DNA from: Phoronis australis
Lineage: Eukaryota > Animalia > Phoronida
Reading direction: 5' to 3'
Length of the DNA: 64,000 nt
NCBI GenBank assembly: GCA_002633005.1
Contig: NMRA01000652.1
Location: 138,597 to 202,596 of the forward strand
The translations under genes and the position numbers were made by a program. Below, in pieces: positions 1 to 12,900 of this stretch. The stretch's first letter is position 1, and each line of letters starts with the position of its first letter. Under the pieces are notes generated by a model. It did not search any database. It was not told the origin of the DNA and saw only the letters and a list, made by a program, of their open reading frames with translations.

Positions 1-1031
1 AATTACTTCTCGCTACGGCAAGGAAGTGCTTGAAACGTGCTGTGTTTGACTTCATCATTTCCATTCATTTCAAGTAGTGAATAGACAGAAAATTAGGATT
101 TTTTGATAACCTGAACTACTGCCTCCTTTTCGTTCTGCATCATCATTTCCTCTTTGTGTATCATGTGTTTTGGGATAGTGTTCCGTATCATCTACAATCC
201 TACATCTGTTTGGGTTTTTCCTCTTTTTTATGAATATTCTGATGTGCATCATTCAACTTCGGTGGCCATTGTGCGGTGCTCCATCAAAAAGCAAAAAGTC
301 AAAATGATACTTACGAATCCTTGGATTAATTTTACTTACTGTCACAAATTTGATGACACGTTGAAAGCTCATCATTTGAAGTAAATTTTGATTAAGAGCA
401 CCACCAAATGTTCCAGATGGAATCTCAAAAAGGCTGTGACTGTTTTCTGCAGTATCAGTTCGTTTTTTTGCAACTTCAAAGTGGTTCATATGAATGATAA
501 AAGAGAAATTTTTGGACAACCTCTCACTTAAAAACAGAACATTTTAATAATAATTCCTCAAAGAGTTTTGAAGAATACATAAAGCATAGTATGTGAGCAT
601 TTGGACATTTTTGAGTGTCCTACATCAGCTAAAAGTGGCTACTATCCGTGTTTCGTCCAAAATCGAACTGTTAATCAAGACCACTTTCTGCAATACAATT
701 ACTCTCAATTCTTGCTCCTTTTTGACGCGAGGAATGGTTTCAGGGCTCACAAAGAACTGGCGGTTCGTCATTCCTTGAAACCATGCCCTGCTCATAATAT
801 GACAAACCAACTTGTATAGAGTCGGACCAAAAGTAAAAAAGAGCTATCAGAACCTTCGAACTGTGAAATCACATCGAGTTTGACTAAGGAACAAACTGCT
901 GCAAATTTCGTAACGCTGAGCGATCTGAATCAAAGATTGTCTTTAACATGGAAGGTGGGTTCAAACCTATGTATGCTGTTCCACATTGACGGATAATAAG
1001 ATTTACGCATTCCCGTGCTTTCTTTTTTCAG

Positions 1032-1636
1032 GAGAGGAATTCGTGGGTAGCCATTCTGTGAGACCTTACCGGAGCGCGGCAGCGTTCGATGTGTACTGTG
1101 TTTTTGGCTGGACAATACTATATAAGCGCACTGGCCCTCAACTTGACATGCAGAGAAACTTTAATGAATACGCTGCCGGGTTCGGCGTTTTGTCTGGAGA
1201 CTTCTGGCTGGGCAACAGGCATATGCATTACCTTACCACACAGGCGACTTACGCTTTACACATCGACTTGGGCAAATTCGACAACAATTCTGTCACAGAC
1301 ATGTATTCGCAATTCTCTATTTCGGACGAAGACGACATGTTCCGTTTGACCGTCGTACGACAGCCTTGGCGTTACAGACTGGTGGCACATAGTGGTTTGA
1401 AGTTTACAACGAAAGATATGGACAACGACAATGGTGGCAATAACTGCGCCGTATCTCGACAGGGTGGCTGGTGGTACAACAAATGCGGCTCCTTCGTGTT
1501 AACCGCGAGGTATCCCGTGGACGCGTTTACGTGTAATGTGACCAACAGTAGATCCATGGTTTACTGTATGTCCGCGAATGTACCCTTAAAGCGAGGACTG
1601 AAATCGGTACAGATGAGGATCAAAAGGAATGCGTGA
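1032..1636 (+). CDS. Fibrinogen-related domain (FReD) protein, terminal exon (ficolin/angiopoietin/techylectin-like); upstream exons not identified
   Basis: Translation has FReD motifs: FDVYC..GWT, EYAAGFG..GDFWLGN, YSQFSISDEDDMFRL, HSGLKFTTKDMDND..NCA..GGWWYNKC, LKSVQMRIK. Polypyrimidine+AG acceptor at 1030-1031 (phase 1); TGA at 1634-1636. Confidence 0.88.
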
Positions 1637-2128
1637 TTTCAGAAAAAGGAAGACAGTTCTATTAATCGTTTCAACTTCACTTGAACCAATCAATGCTGAG
1701 GGTGCCAGTAAGCTCCCTACGGAAACGCTAGTGGTTTTGCGTGGTCTCGCGCCATCTTACTTTTTGCCAGTAGTACACTTTTCGACGTGGTGTGAGCCAG
1801 TCCGACGGAATTAGCCGGACTACTCGGGGGATCAAACTGAACTGAATTGAGCTGTCTCAAACATACAATATGAAATCAAGATTTAAATTTATCATTTTCA
1901 TATTTCATGATTCTCTCCGTCTTTTTCAGAGTGTATCATTTGTCGTGTCATATTTGCATGTGTTGTTTGAGACTCATTGACACTGACAGGTTTTCCTTTC
2001 AACTAGTAAAAGCCACGGACGACGCCGGGAAGAAAGAGTTTGTGATCTGTTTTTAAATCAAAAGACATCAGTTGCATGCCATACCTTGTCATCTCGCTAA
2101 ATGTCGCGAGTATAAGAAGTTATTGAGA

Positions 2129-2279
2129 GACCGGCCTCCAGTTCAGTAACGCTAGGACCTCGCTAAAAAGCAAGACTTCGCGAGATTACGTGAGATATGG
2201 CCGTGTATTTTAAATGAGAGCCCGTGACTTTGACTAGGTTTTAGCTAGGTCCTAGCGTCTACTGAACGCACGCCGGGTC
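2129..2279. mobile_element. Small MITE-like element with about 38-bp imperfect terminal inverted repeats
   Basis: ccggcctccagttcagtaacgctaggacctcgctaaaa (2131-2168) is nearly the reverse complement of ttttagctaggtcctagcgtctactgaacgcacgccgg (2239-2276). Confidence 0.6.
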
Positions 2280-2790
2280 ATGTTTGCAAGGGCGATTAGT
2301 AAGCTTCCGGAGGAAACACGTTTTTCGCTGTCGTGTGATTTTGCGTGATCTGGCGTGATCTTACTTTTTGCGAAATTTTTGCGTTTACGCCTAGATATTT
2401 AGAGATTTTTACAGTGATCTTTCCGTGATTTGAGACCTACTAATAAGGAATTCCGTTCATAAAAGAGTTCTGTTTGTTACCTTTTTAATTTTTGGCCGCA
2501 CAGGTTCTTAGTGCGAACAGTAATCGCACAAATTAGGTTGGGGACTGCTGTCGACAGCTATTCCCGTCTTCGAAAGGAGCTAGGTAATGGTATTTGTACA
2601 TTGTTCGGAACGGTAGCCCTCAGTTGTTGTGCTTCCCTGTCTCCAATTTGTATACTTTTAATTTCCATTAATATATGTCACACTCTTTCACTTCATTGTA
2701 TATAACATTTTAACTTATTGCAGGTTCCTGTTACTGTGTGAGCACGTACTTTAAGTGTATTTTGATCCAGGGCCGTAGGAAGCGGGGGGG

Positions 2791-3427
2791 NNNNNNNNNN
2801 NNNNNNNNNNNNNNNNNNNNNNNNNNNNNNNNNNNNNNNNNNNNNNNNNNNNNNNNNNNNNNNNNNNNNNNNNNNNNNNNNNNNNNNNNNNNNNNNNNNN
2901 NNNNNNNNNNNNNNNNNNNNNNNNNNNNNNNNNNNNNNNNNNNNNNNNNNNNNNNNNNNNNNNNNNNNNNNNNNNNNNNNNNNNNNNNNNNNNNNNNNNN
3001 NNNNNNNNNNNNNNNNNNNNNNNNNNNNNNNNNNNNNNNNNNNNNNNNNNNNNNNNNNNNNNNNNNNNNNNNNNNNNNNNNNNNNNNNNNNNNNNNNNNN
3101 NNNNNNNNNNNNNNNNNNNNNNNNNNNNNNNNNNNNNNNNNNNNNNNNNNNNNNNNNNNNNNNNNNNNNNNNNNNNNNNNNNNNNNNNNNNNNNNNNNNN
3201 NNNNNNNNNNNNNNNNNNNNNNNNNNNNNNNNNNNNNNNNNNNNNNNNNNNNNNNNNNNNNNNNNNNNNNNNNNNNNNNNNNNNNNNNNNNNNNNNNNNN
3301 NNNNNNNNNNNNNNNNNNNNNNNNNNNNNNNNNNNNNNNNNNNNNNNNNNNNNNNNNNNNNNNNNNNNNNNNNNNNNNNNNNNNNNNNNNNNNNNNNNNN
3401 NNNNNNNNNNNNNNNNNNNNNNNNNNN
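2791..3427. other. Assembly gap (N run)
   Basis: Continuous Ns. Confidence 1.
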
Positions 3428-5965
3428 AAGGTGTCTCATTTCAGACGGGACCCTCTCTCGGTGAAGCATGCAGTTCGGGGGAAATATCCATTTGTTCCTC
3501 CATACATATACATGTAAATCCGACACTGCCAATTGTTCACGAGGCAATTTGAGATTCCAAATTCATCAAAAAATACAAAACATTCGTGCCCAGCACAGCA
3601 GTATCAAGACATTCGACCCAAACAACCAGAAAGCGTGAACAAAATACAACAGGGTTGACCGCCATCTAAAGGGTGGAATTTTGAAGAACGTGAAGACCAC
3701 TATTTGTGAATTACATAAAAGGGCTTCAAATCGTTAGTTATAAAACAATGTTACTGTTTCCCATAGTATCACAAGAATAGAATCTCTTTTGAAGATGGTT
3801 ATCACGCCCGCACCCAGGGGGCTCGAATTTTTAAGAATGTGGACATTTTACTAAAAAACCTGGGACTACAAAAAACGGGGTATTACGATCATAGCTTTGA
3901 ATTGAGCATTCCCGCTCAGAACTCCAGCCTTTTTGCTTTTTTAGTGGACTTTTGTCTCGTTTTTCTCGTACTACTTGTTTATATTGTAGAGGGCTACTTA
4001 AAGGTGTCTGTGGTTGAAATAGAGTCGTCGCATCACGACGTTTCGAAAAGGAATAGGCAAACAAGCTATGGTGCATTTAAAATGTTTGAGGCAAGCAGTG
4101 CTACTGAATTATGAATTCTAGATTCCAATAACTTCATAACAAATTATTTGTTCTGGGAGTGCAGACATGTTAAAATTTTGTGGAATGAATTACTATTTTA
4201 GCTCAAGCAGATTTTTCACAAAAATATAAATATTTCTGCAAAAGAGTTTGCAATAGAAGTTCGTTTGTATATGATATAATTTTTTGTTTAACGAAAATGT
4301 TTATATATGTAGGGAGAAATTTAAGGGAGATGTACCTTCTTTTGATAACTCACGGGTTTATATCATAGAATATTGTAAAGTTGGAGTGATACGTAACTGA
4401 GTGGAAAGATCTTGCATATTTTATTTAGAATCTCTACCTATCATACTTGGAATTTAGTGTTGTTATTTGTGACTAAGTGTGCACACTTGATATGTATATA
4501 TGTTTTGTAAATATGTTTTTTCTGCAAAAATAAAAAAATCATTATAAATTGACGGCGTTGGCTTGAATTAATTTATCGCGTAGTATTGTTTTAATATAGT
4601 AAATGAAAAGTGGATCATTTGATTTCTCTGCAGTCAATTAAATTGCATTCGTGAATACTTAGAGCCATGGTTACCAGTTATAAACATCCTTGGTGCTACC
4701 AATGTACTTTTTCACATCAATAAATCTAAATAAACCAAAATAAGATATCCTTGCGGCGAATTAAGACGTATGGGTTTTGTGGTGGGCACTAGTTTATATA
4801 TTCTGAAAGTTTGATTATAACCTGTCGCTTATTTTCAGTTATTCCGCGCACAACGAAGTTAGCCGCGACACCAAGCGGCTGTTGTTCAGGATGTACCAAA
4901 ACTATCGGTACTATAGTTTGAATGCGCTTGCATTGTAATTAGGAGAATGAATATTCATGAAGATAACTTGAAACCATGTCTGAATTCTTTTTGTAGCACC
5001 TCTGTGCAACTAAAACAAATTAATGATCACCCCGTATAACTAGTGGTCTGTCCAGTTTCCGGGATGAAAACATGGCTACTTAGTGGAATGAAATGTGCAA
5101 AGTGGAAACAAATATCACTTTTATCAGGACTGCTGCTTCATAACAGCTGAAAATATTTGAGTTGTCTAATTTCCCTCAAAATGTCCACTAAATTAAGTTC
5201 ACTGCTATGCCTCCTGTCATGATACTGAACAGGGTAAATTTATTTTTACGCATTAGGAACGCGGCCTGACCTAAAACATAAACATCGCCCAATTTACGAA
5301 CGTGATCCAATTAATTACTTGATGCTGATCAAATATAGAAGTACTATACCCCTTCATTGGTGAAATGCTGAATGAAGCAAACGCCCCCCCCCCACCCGAA
5401 TCTTAGTCAGCCCTTTCACCCAGTATCTACAACAGCATGAGATATCCCATGTGAATGGAGTGGTGAATATACAACCTTCCACCTTATAAACAGCTTTAAC
5501 TGTTAGTATTAGAATTAAAGATAAGCCATTGATATTTTACTAGACTTAACGGATTGAGTAAGCTACGTTGCGTCCTCATCTCGAGGACTTCGCAGGCCAC
5601 TGAGGTGTCACGTGACTCATCATGAGATCGATAGCACAGTTTGCGCGGTATATACGGTGTTTTGTCTAATAAGTCGTACACGAAGCTCTCAAGGGAAAAA
5701 TATTTCGTACATTAGTGTACGAACTGATAGAAAAAACATCGTACTTTAAGCGCCATATCCCAAGTTCTTAGTAACAGAAATCTCAGGCCCCTTGTCCGTT
5801 TAAATTGACTGTGTGCGAATTAAGTGAGGAAAGGAATACGCATTGAGGGATAAAATATCATTTTCTATGTTATTTCGGGAGTATGAAATAAAGTGAGTGC
5901 ACAGATAAGAGTAGAACTGCCCTAGTCACAATACAAAAGAAACAATTAATCCAATATGACAGCAG

Positions 5966-6049
5966 ACTTGTACTCAGTAACCCCAAAACATCCACTTGTA
6001 CTCAGTAACCCCAAAACAGCCACTTGTACTTAGTAACCCCGAAACAACC
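5966..6049. repeat. Minisatellite, 28-bp unit x3
   Basis: acttgtactcagtaaccccaaaacatcc repeated three times with few substitutions. Confidence 0.9.
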
Positions 6050-6808
6050 AGGCATTCTGGTCCTTCTTGTGCTCATCCATTGATTACATGAAATTGTTTG
6101 CTTTTGTGAATAAAATGATCAACTACAGGAAGAGGTCACAAATTTTGGGTAAAACTGTCAAAAATAGTCATTTTTTCATTTCTCAATTGACTTCTCACAT
6201 TTTTATGGACGCCCACAATTTTTCAGGATACCCTAAAGTGGTACGAGTGATTCAAAAAGTTTTCAAGGATTGATTAGGCGCTACGATATTTTATGAAAAA
6301 ATGAGAACCTAAACTGTCACTTGTCTGTCCTATTGCATCCAAAATTGATGAGATTTCGCTCCACACCTACTACTGCTATTGTGCAGAAGGATTAAGAAAT
6401 GACACAACAGTTAATCTATTGACAGTTATATTATCTTTATAATGTATGCTTCAACAACAGAGTCATATACTAAAACACCACATCACACATATTACAGTCA
6501 CAGGAGTCGCGCATTGTCAAGCCTCAATTTTGCCACGTTACGCAGTTAAAACATTACTAAGAGGCACCAGGATGTGTCTAGTCACTTGGTACAAATTTGA
6601 ATGAATCCCCAGAACTCCAGTTCTGAACAAACACATTTTCTATTCATCACATCCACTTTGTCTTAAGCCAATTCTAGAATTACAGTTACTGCAAACAAGC
6701 CAGACTCATTTCCTTTAAAAGAACACATCATGGTGTAAATCAATATGTCTATAAAATGCGGGAACATGTCCGTGCTGCTGTAAAGTAAACCACTGCTATC
6801 TCCGTCTT

Positions 6809-6974
6809 CTATGCAGTTGAAATTCCGGGTGCCAAGGTCACGCCAAATTTCTCAGCGACCTTGACCTGAGCTGATGCAGCGTCGTGAAGTGAGAACAAAT
6901 GCGCTAATTCAATCTCTGTCTTGGCCAGTTTTATAGCCTTGTTGAAATGTTGTAAAGCCTTCTCAATATCTCCC
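6809..6974 (-). CDS. TOMM70: TOM70 exon 12 (last)
   Basis: GDIEKALQHFNKAIKLAKTEIELAHLFSLHDAASAQVKVAEKFGVTLAPGISTA*; AG at 6976-6975, TAG at 6811-6809. Confidence 0.92.
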
Positions 6975-9900
6975 CTGGAAAAGAAATCAAAGAGTAAGTG
7001 AACATATCTTGAATCGCGACTCCCATTGACAGCATGAAGTTAACGTTCCTATATATCTGTTTACAGTAAACCAACTCAGGGCAATTTTCATTGTTCATAG
7101 TTTATGATAAAAAATCACATGAATTCATATCAATCATTTCTGTGAATTAATACACCGGTACATGATATAAATGACTGATAAGAGTTATCATCAATGGTTG
7201 ACATGATTTTTTATGCAAGGTTTATCATCAGTTGTAATTCATGATTTCATATCACTGAGCAATGGTAAATGATCAAGAGATTTTTCATTAATGATGAAAT
7301 GAATGATGATCATTTATCATCAGCCTGATGTGAATTAATATCAAAATGGCGGTGTAGATTTAAGCTTGCCATGAACACATGTGAATTCAGCTGCTACAGT
7401 GCGTTTCGAGTATCACCCCAAGAACACCAATGCTATTAGTTGCAAAATGTGAACATTAAGACTTCTTGGCTAACATTATTTTGTCTATCTCACAGCGAGA
7501 ATCCTTATACGGTGTTCTATACGAATACAATACAATTACGTTTAGCCATTCACTTTTTATTCTGTTCTTGCAGTGATGCAGTGTCATATTATTTGATGAG
7601 CCTACAATGCTGAAGTATTGCTGCAATTATATGGGTAGCCCAATACGTCCAAAATAGCAAAACAAAGTTCAAGGAAGGCTTGACATGCAAACTGAAGCAT
7701 ATCACATCTATACCATTACTACAAAACAGGCTTGACACCCAAACAGTGTCAGAAGATTCGAAGAACATTAAGAATCCGCCTGTGTACATGTGCATCAGCC
7801 GGCCCCCGGGGGTGATGCCCTATTTATGTCGCCCGTTCAACAAAAATTTTGAACTGTACTACCATCAATAATAACTAAGATTATGACAGTCAAACTTACA
7901 ACTGCGCATACATCATGCATGGAGACGATGACGTTAAAACGTTACATTTTGATAAATCAATTTTCCTCTGGCAATAGAGCAACCAGTACACAGTTCATGC
8001 ACTGGAAAGACATGATGTACACTTAACATAATGTACACTTAACATAATGTACACTTAACATAATGTATACTTAACATAATGTACACTTAACATAATGTAC
8101 ATTTAACATGATGTACATTTAACATGATGTACACTTTATAACATAATGTAAACTTAACATAATGTACATTTAACATGATGTACATTTAACATAATGTACA
8201 CTTGACATAATATACATTTAAACTTACATCTGCACTTCCAGAGTTCCAAGCATTTCATAGGCAAACTCACACTTGTCGTCCACCTCAATGGCTTTATCAA
8301 TCATGGACTTGGCAGACTGGAAGTCCTGCTTCCATTGTAACAGCAGGGTGCTGGAGTGAGAAAAGACAAATAAATTGTAACAGCAGGGTACTGTAGTCAT
8401 CAAGTAGACAATCTTTGGGGAATACTGACTGTTGATCAAATTAAACATGTCCCATCACCTGTTTGCGCATCATGACAACGTAGATTGTCCATTTCACTTA
8501 GTACGCTAAAATAAGAAACGTCTGGTAAGGATAATAACATGATTATGGCAAGTCTATTCAAATTAATTTGTTTAACTTTGAATAAGGTTGGCACAAATAG
8601 CTTGAAAAACGACGGCCAAGTTTGTAAAAGGAAATGTATCGTTAGCTTTATTAATGAAGTCGCTGAGAAGTATTTAGGCTTATTGAATTTACAGTACACC
8701 TACCATAAGAGTAGGGAACTGTAGTGACAGAGTGCGACTCACAGCTGACTACCAGTGCAACTAGGATAATATCAGCATATCTCACCCTTTGTGTACCCAG
8801 ACATTGGCATTATCGGGCTCCACTTCAAGCGCTTTGTCAAAGTAGCGGTCAGCCGCTTCAAAGTCGTACTGGTCGCCCTGAGCCTGAAATGGCACACGAC
8901 ATCATGAGATATATAAATGCATGGAACGGGACAAGATCATGCGTTAACAAGGCGTAAGATTTTTATTTTACCGCTTTGGTGAATGCAAAGCATCAAGGAT
9001 TACACAGCAAATGGTATCAATATTCTAGGAAACAATCATGAAAAATATAAAATAAAACTAATGTGGTGAACACCTGGAAATCCACTTGTGCTAGTACATC
9101 CCAGCCAAACACCTCTCTTGTCAAAGCCCATCAAAAAATAGGTCAAGCCATTTTCAACACAAACAACCAAACTATCAGTACAAATTCCCCATCTCACAAC
9201 ACTGAACTCTATGATCCACAGCTGCGCCTTTAAGTTCCCGCTACAGACCACAGCTCAAGCCACAGAATCTGAAACCCGGAACTGGAATTGGTCACCATGT
9301 AAGGAGCGTTTTTGACATGGGTGTGGAGCTTCGGAACACATGCCTTGAGATTTGTACCTAGGATTAGGTATCTACGGGTCCAGGACTAGGGTTTCGAGAA
9401 TCGTAAGTGGAATTAACAAATAATGCAGTCCTTATTCGAGCCACAGAGACAGAGGTAAAGAAGACATACCCAGAATGCACTTCACTTGGTGCATTCTGGG
9501 TATTTCAAATAAGGCCTGCATTATGAGTGAAGTGCATTCTGGGTATTTCAAATAAGGCCTGCATTATGTTTGTCTTAGGACACGCGTGTTCTCATTATCC
9601 ATAGCACAGGCACGTTCAGACCCACAGCAGTGTAATCAATCTCCTATTATGTCTTGATGTAGAGCTAGCTGAAGAAAACCTGGTACAAGAGGGGTACTAA
9701 TCGCTGCTAGGTTTTACAAAGTAATATAGAACTGAAAACACACTGCGTCGACAATAGCATCTACAGCAAAGATAATATTGCCAAAGGAGATCATTAACTG
9801 TCACCACGCTGGATAATTACGCGTTTTACCAACACACATGAACTGTCTTATTAGTAAGTGAAGCAAAAACATTCACCACACTAATGACTCTGTGACAGTT

Positions 9901-12900
9901 ACTGTGTCTACTGGGGAGGTGCAGCAGAATTCCAACGTCGTCCAACTTCGAAACATCGTATATCAGAAATGGATGATCGTATTCTAACGAAACTTTCAGA
10001 TACCATGCTTTGTGCACTTGTCTCCAAAATGCCCTTGCAAATTATTTTTTAAATGTTCCAATTTTGTATGAGTGTTATCATAAAAATTAAAATTTTGCAT
10101 GAAATGATAACGAAATGACAATTTAGAAAACTATAACAGCATATTTGAGATTTCATCTTGATCATTTATATCAAATGAAATTTGGACTTTTGTTTTCCAA
10201 TGATTGTATCTTTCCATTTGCAAAACTGTACTGAAAAGACATGGTCATGTGGCCCAATTAATGTGAGATGGGTATAAAGATAAAAATAATCAAATTCTAC
10301 AGGTTTTTTTTTCTTTCAGAAAATATGTATGTTTACTGTCAGAGTAAAAAAACATAATTTTGTCTATGAAAGGCTGAATACGCAGGCTTGTTGACAGTGT
10401 CCTTCATAATGTTAAAGGGTGCAGTACACCAACAACCTTTTGATTTTGGCCAACTGGTCTCAACGTTTTCCTCATTGAGATTCCATATAAATTAGCATGA
10501 CTGAGTATATGTAAATTTAAAGAAACTTCAGTGCAGCTTAATTAAACCATATTCCTCGACACCGAGGGAGGTTTATAACAATTTTAAGAGGATGATAACT
10601 ATTTTGAATATAGTTTTTGGCCAGTTTGACATTCTCTGAAAAATATCTTGAACCTTTTAGCCAATTATATAAAAACAAACTTAATCAAGTGTGGCGTTAT
10701 AAACAAGTAGCAAACTGCAAACACTGTGCGTCTGATTGGCAGAATCCCTGGCATCATTGATTAATTGAAATGACAAGTTGTAGTGTACCGCGCCAGGGAC
10801 TGAAAATCGAACTTGATAGCTGTGTAATGTTATTTCACGGCAAAGTGAGAGAACACAGCTAACTCACACCGGCTGCTATATTCATAACTTGACCATTGTG
10901 CCAAGGCTTCACTTTGTTATTTTAACTCGATTTAACAGAAATTGTCTAAAAAGCTTCAAAATCCTTTTTATAGTCATTAAAACATCTGAAATTCAATGAA
11001 AAGCCTTCAAAAAATAACACTTACCTTTAAGTAATGCTTACACAAGGATGCCAAATGATAGTAAACTTTGAAAATACATGTACATCCTTTTGATTGATTT
11101 CTAAAATAAAAACAGCAGCACATCCATACACCAACACAGAGGAACCTCCTAAGCTTCCTACCTGGCCGTAAAGTACGAAGCCCTCACCACAGCGGGGAAA
11201 CCTCGCGATTGTCTCTTGGAATGACTTCATGGCTTCCTTCAACTGCGACGGACTCCTAGTCATCATGGCTGCTCGGTACTCTGCAAGCAGGATCAGCGAG
11301 CTGTGTTATAGAATTCCACTCAGACGCACAATACTACGCCATACAATGGAACTGCTTGAAAATCACGTTGGAAATGCAAAACGAACAGACTGGAATTTTT
11401 ACAGATCCTCAGAAAGGATTTGAAACCTCTCGAATCAATTCAAGCATAGGAGATACCGTCGGAGGCCCTTAAGTCGTGAGGGCCCCAAAGTCGTGAACGA
11501 TCCTATTTCTGCTTCTGCGCGGTCCCGCGACATCTAACATCCAAGTTTCCAGCATTTGTCTGCTTACGAACGTCAAACGAATACCCGTACGTGTTGATAA
11601 TCACAATATGATAATAAACAGTGAGTGAGTGGCTTCTTTTTTCAAATGTATCTTACAAACAGCATATTTCACAAATCCACTTTTTTGTGCATTTTCAGAA
11701 TATATTTTTGAAATTATACATCCTTCAGATTTGCCAGGAAAACTGACATTACAGCTGGATATATTGGCCAGCACGAGTGACAGCTACAATAATGTGGTTG
11801 TTCCTAGCTTGGACACTAGTTGAAGTTACTGCTACAAGAGTCAAGGAAGTTTGTGACTTCAAGGTCGTTTCTTCTACTCACCTGTGTAGCACTTTTGCAC
11901 GTGTGCCACGGCGAAGTTCTCGTTTAGTGTGGCACTCTTCTCAAAATCTTTCAACGCATCGTCCACACGCTCAAGCAGTAGATTGATCTGGAAAAGGGGC
12001 AGCATCACAACTCATCACTTGACCACTGATCCTTCTGTCCTCTGATTGGCTAAGCTGCCGTGCGATAACTTCCGTAATGAGCTTAAGTGGACCAGTTAGC
12101 CATGGAGTATTCTTTTCATACATGCCACCCAGATGTCAGATTTCCCTATTTATAATCTGACCAATTACAGGCTGCAAAAACCACAAACCCGTAACTGCAA
12201 GCTGATGATGTCAGTGCACCAAAGCAAACAACGAAAACAGAGAAAAGAAGCATTAGTGGCCGTATAACAAATAAATTTTGGCTGATCTTGGGCAAAACTT
12301 TTCATGTGGACCTCAGATGAGCAATGTTTTCGAATGGGTGTATTTAGGCTTTGTTATACGTCAAATGAACTGCAACTGAACAGCCAATAACAGCTTACCT
12401 GACCACGGTGATGATAGATGTCGGAATTTTCTGGATCTACAAGTGCCGCTGCATCAAAATCTTCTAACGAGCCTGTCTGATCGCCCTCCTGGATTTTTAG
12501 GCTGCCCCGTTTAATGAGTGCATTAGATTTTACCTGAAACAGTATTTTGGACACTGCTAACGACCCACAATCAACCATAGACCCTTAGTATTCAGCGCGA
12601 AGTTCCAACAAGTTAAACAGGCTAATGTAAAATTTGTACCAAGATGTAAAACAGCGGAAACTCACTTGTGACTTACAGGCACGAATATCTTAGCAAGACG
12701 ATCGGAAATTAAAACAGTATAAAAGCTTAAGTTGTATAACCCAGCTGTGTAAGCCATCCCAACTTGTAGACATCAGAAATTGACCACTTTTGATTAAAAA
12801 CATTTATCGGATAAATACATAGGATGGGCGGTGTTTGGAAACTGATACATGTTGAGAAATACAATGAGCGTTTTGCACAAACAGTTGTTATGACCAATAT

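Noticed and set aside
2693-3547. Long ORFs of 259-284 aa
   Set aside because: Artefacts of translating through the N gap.
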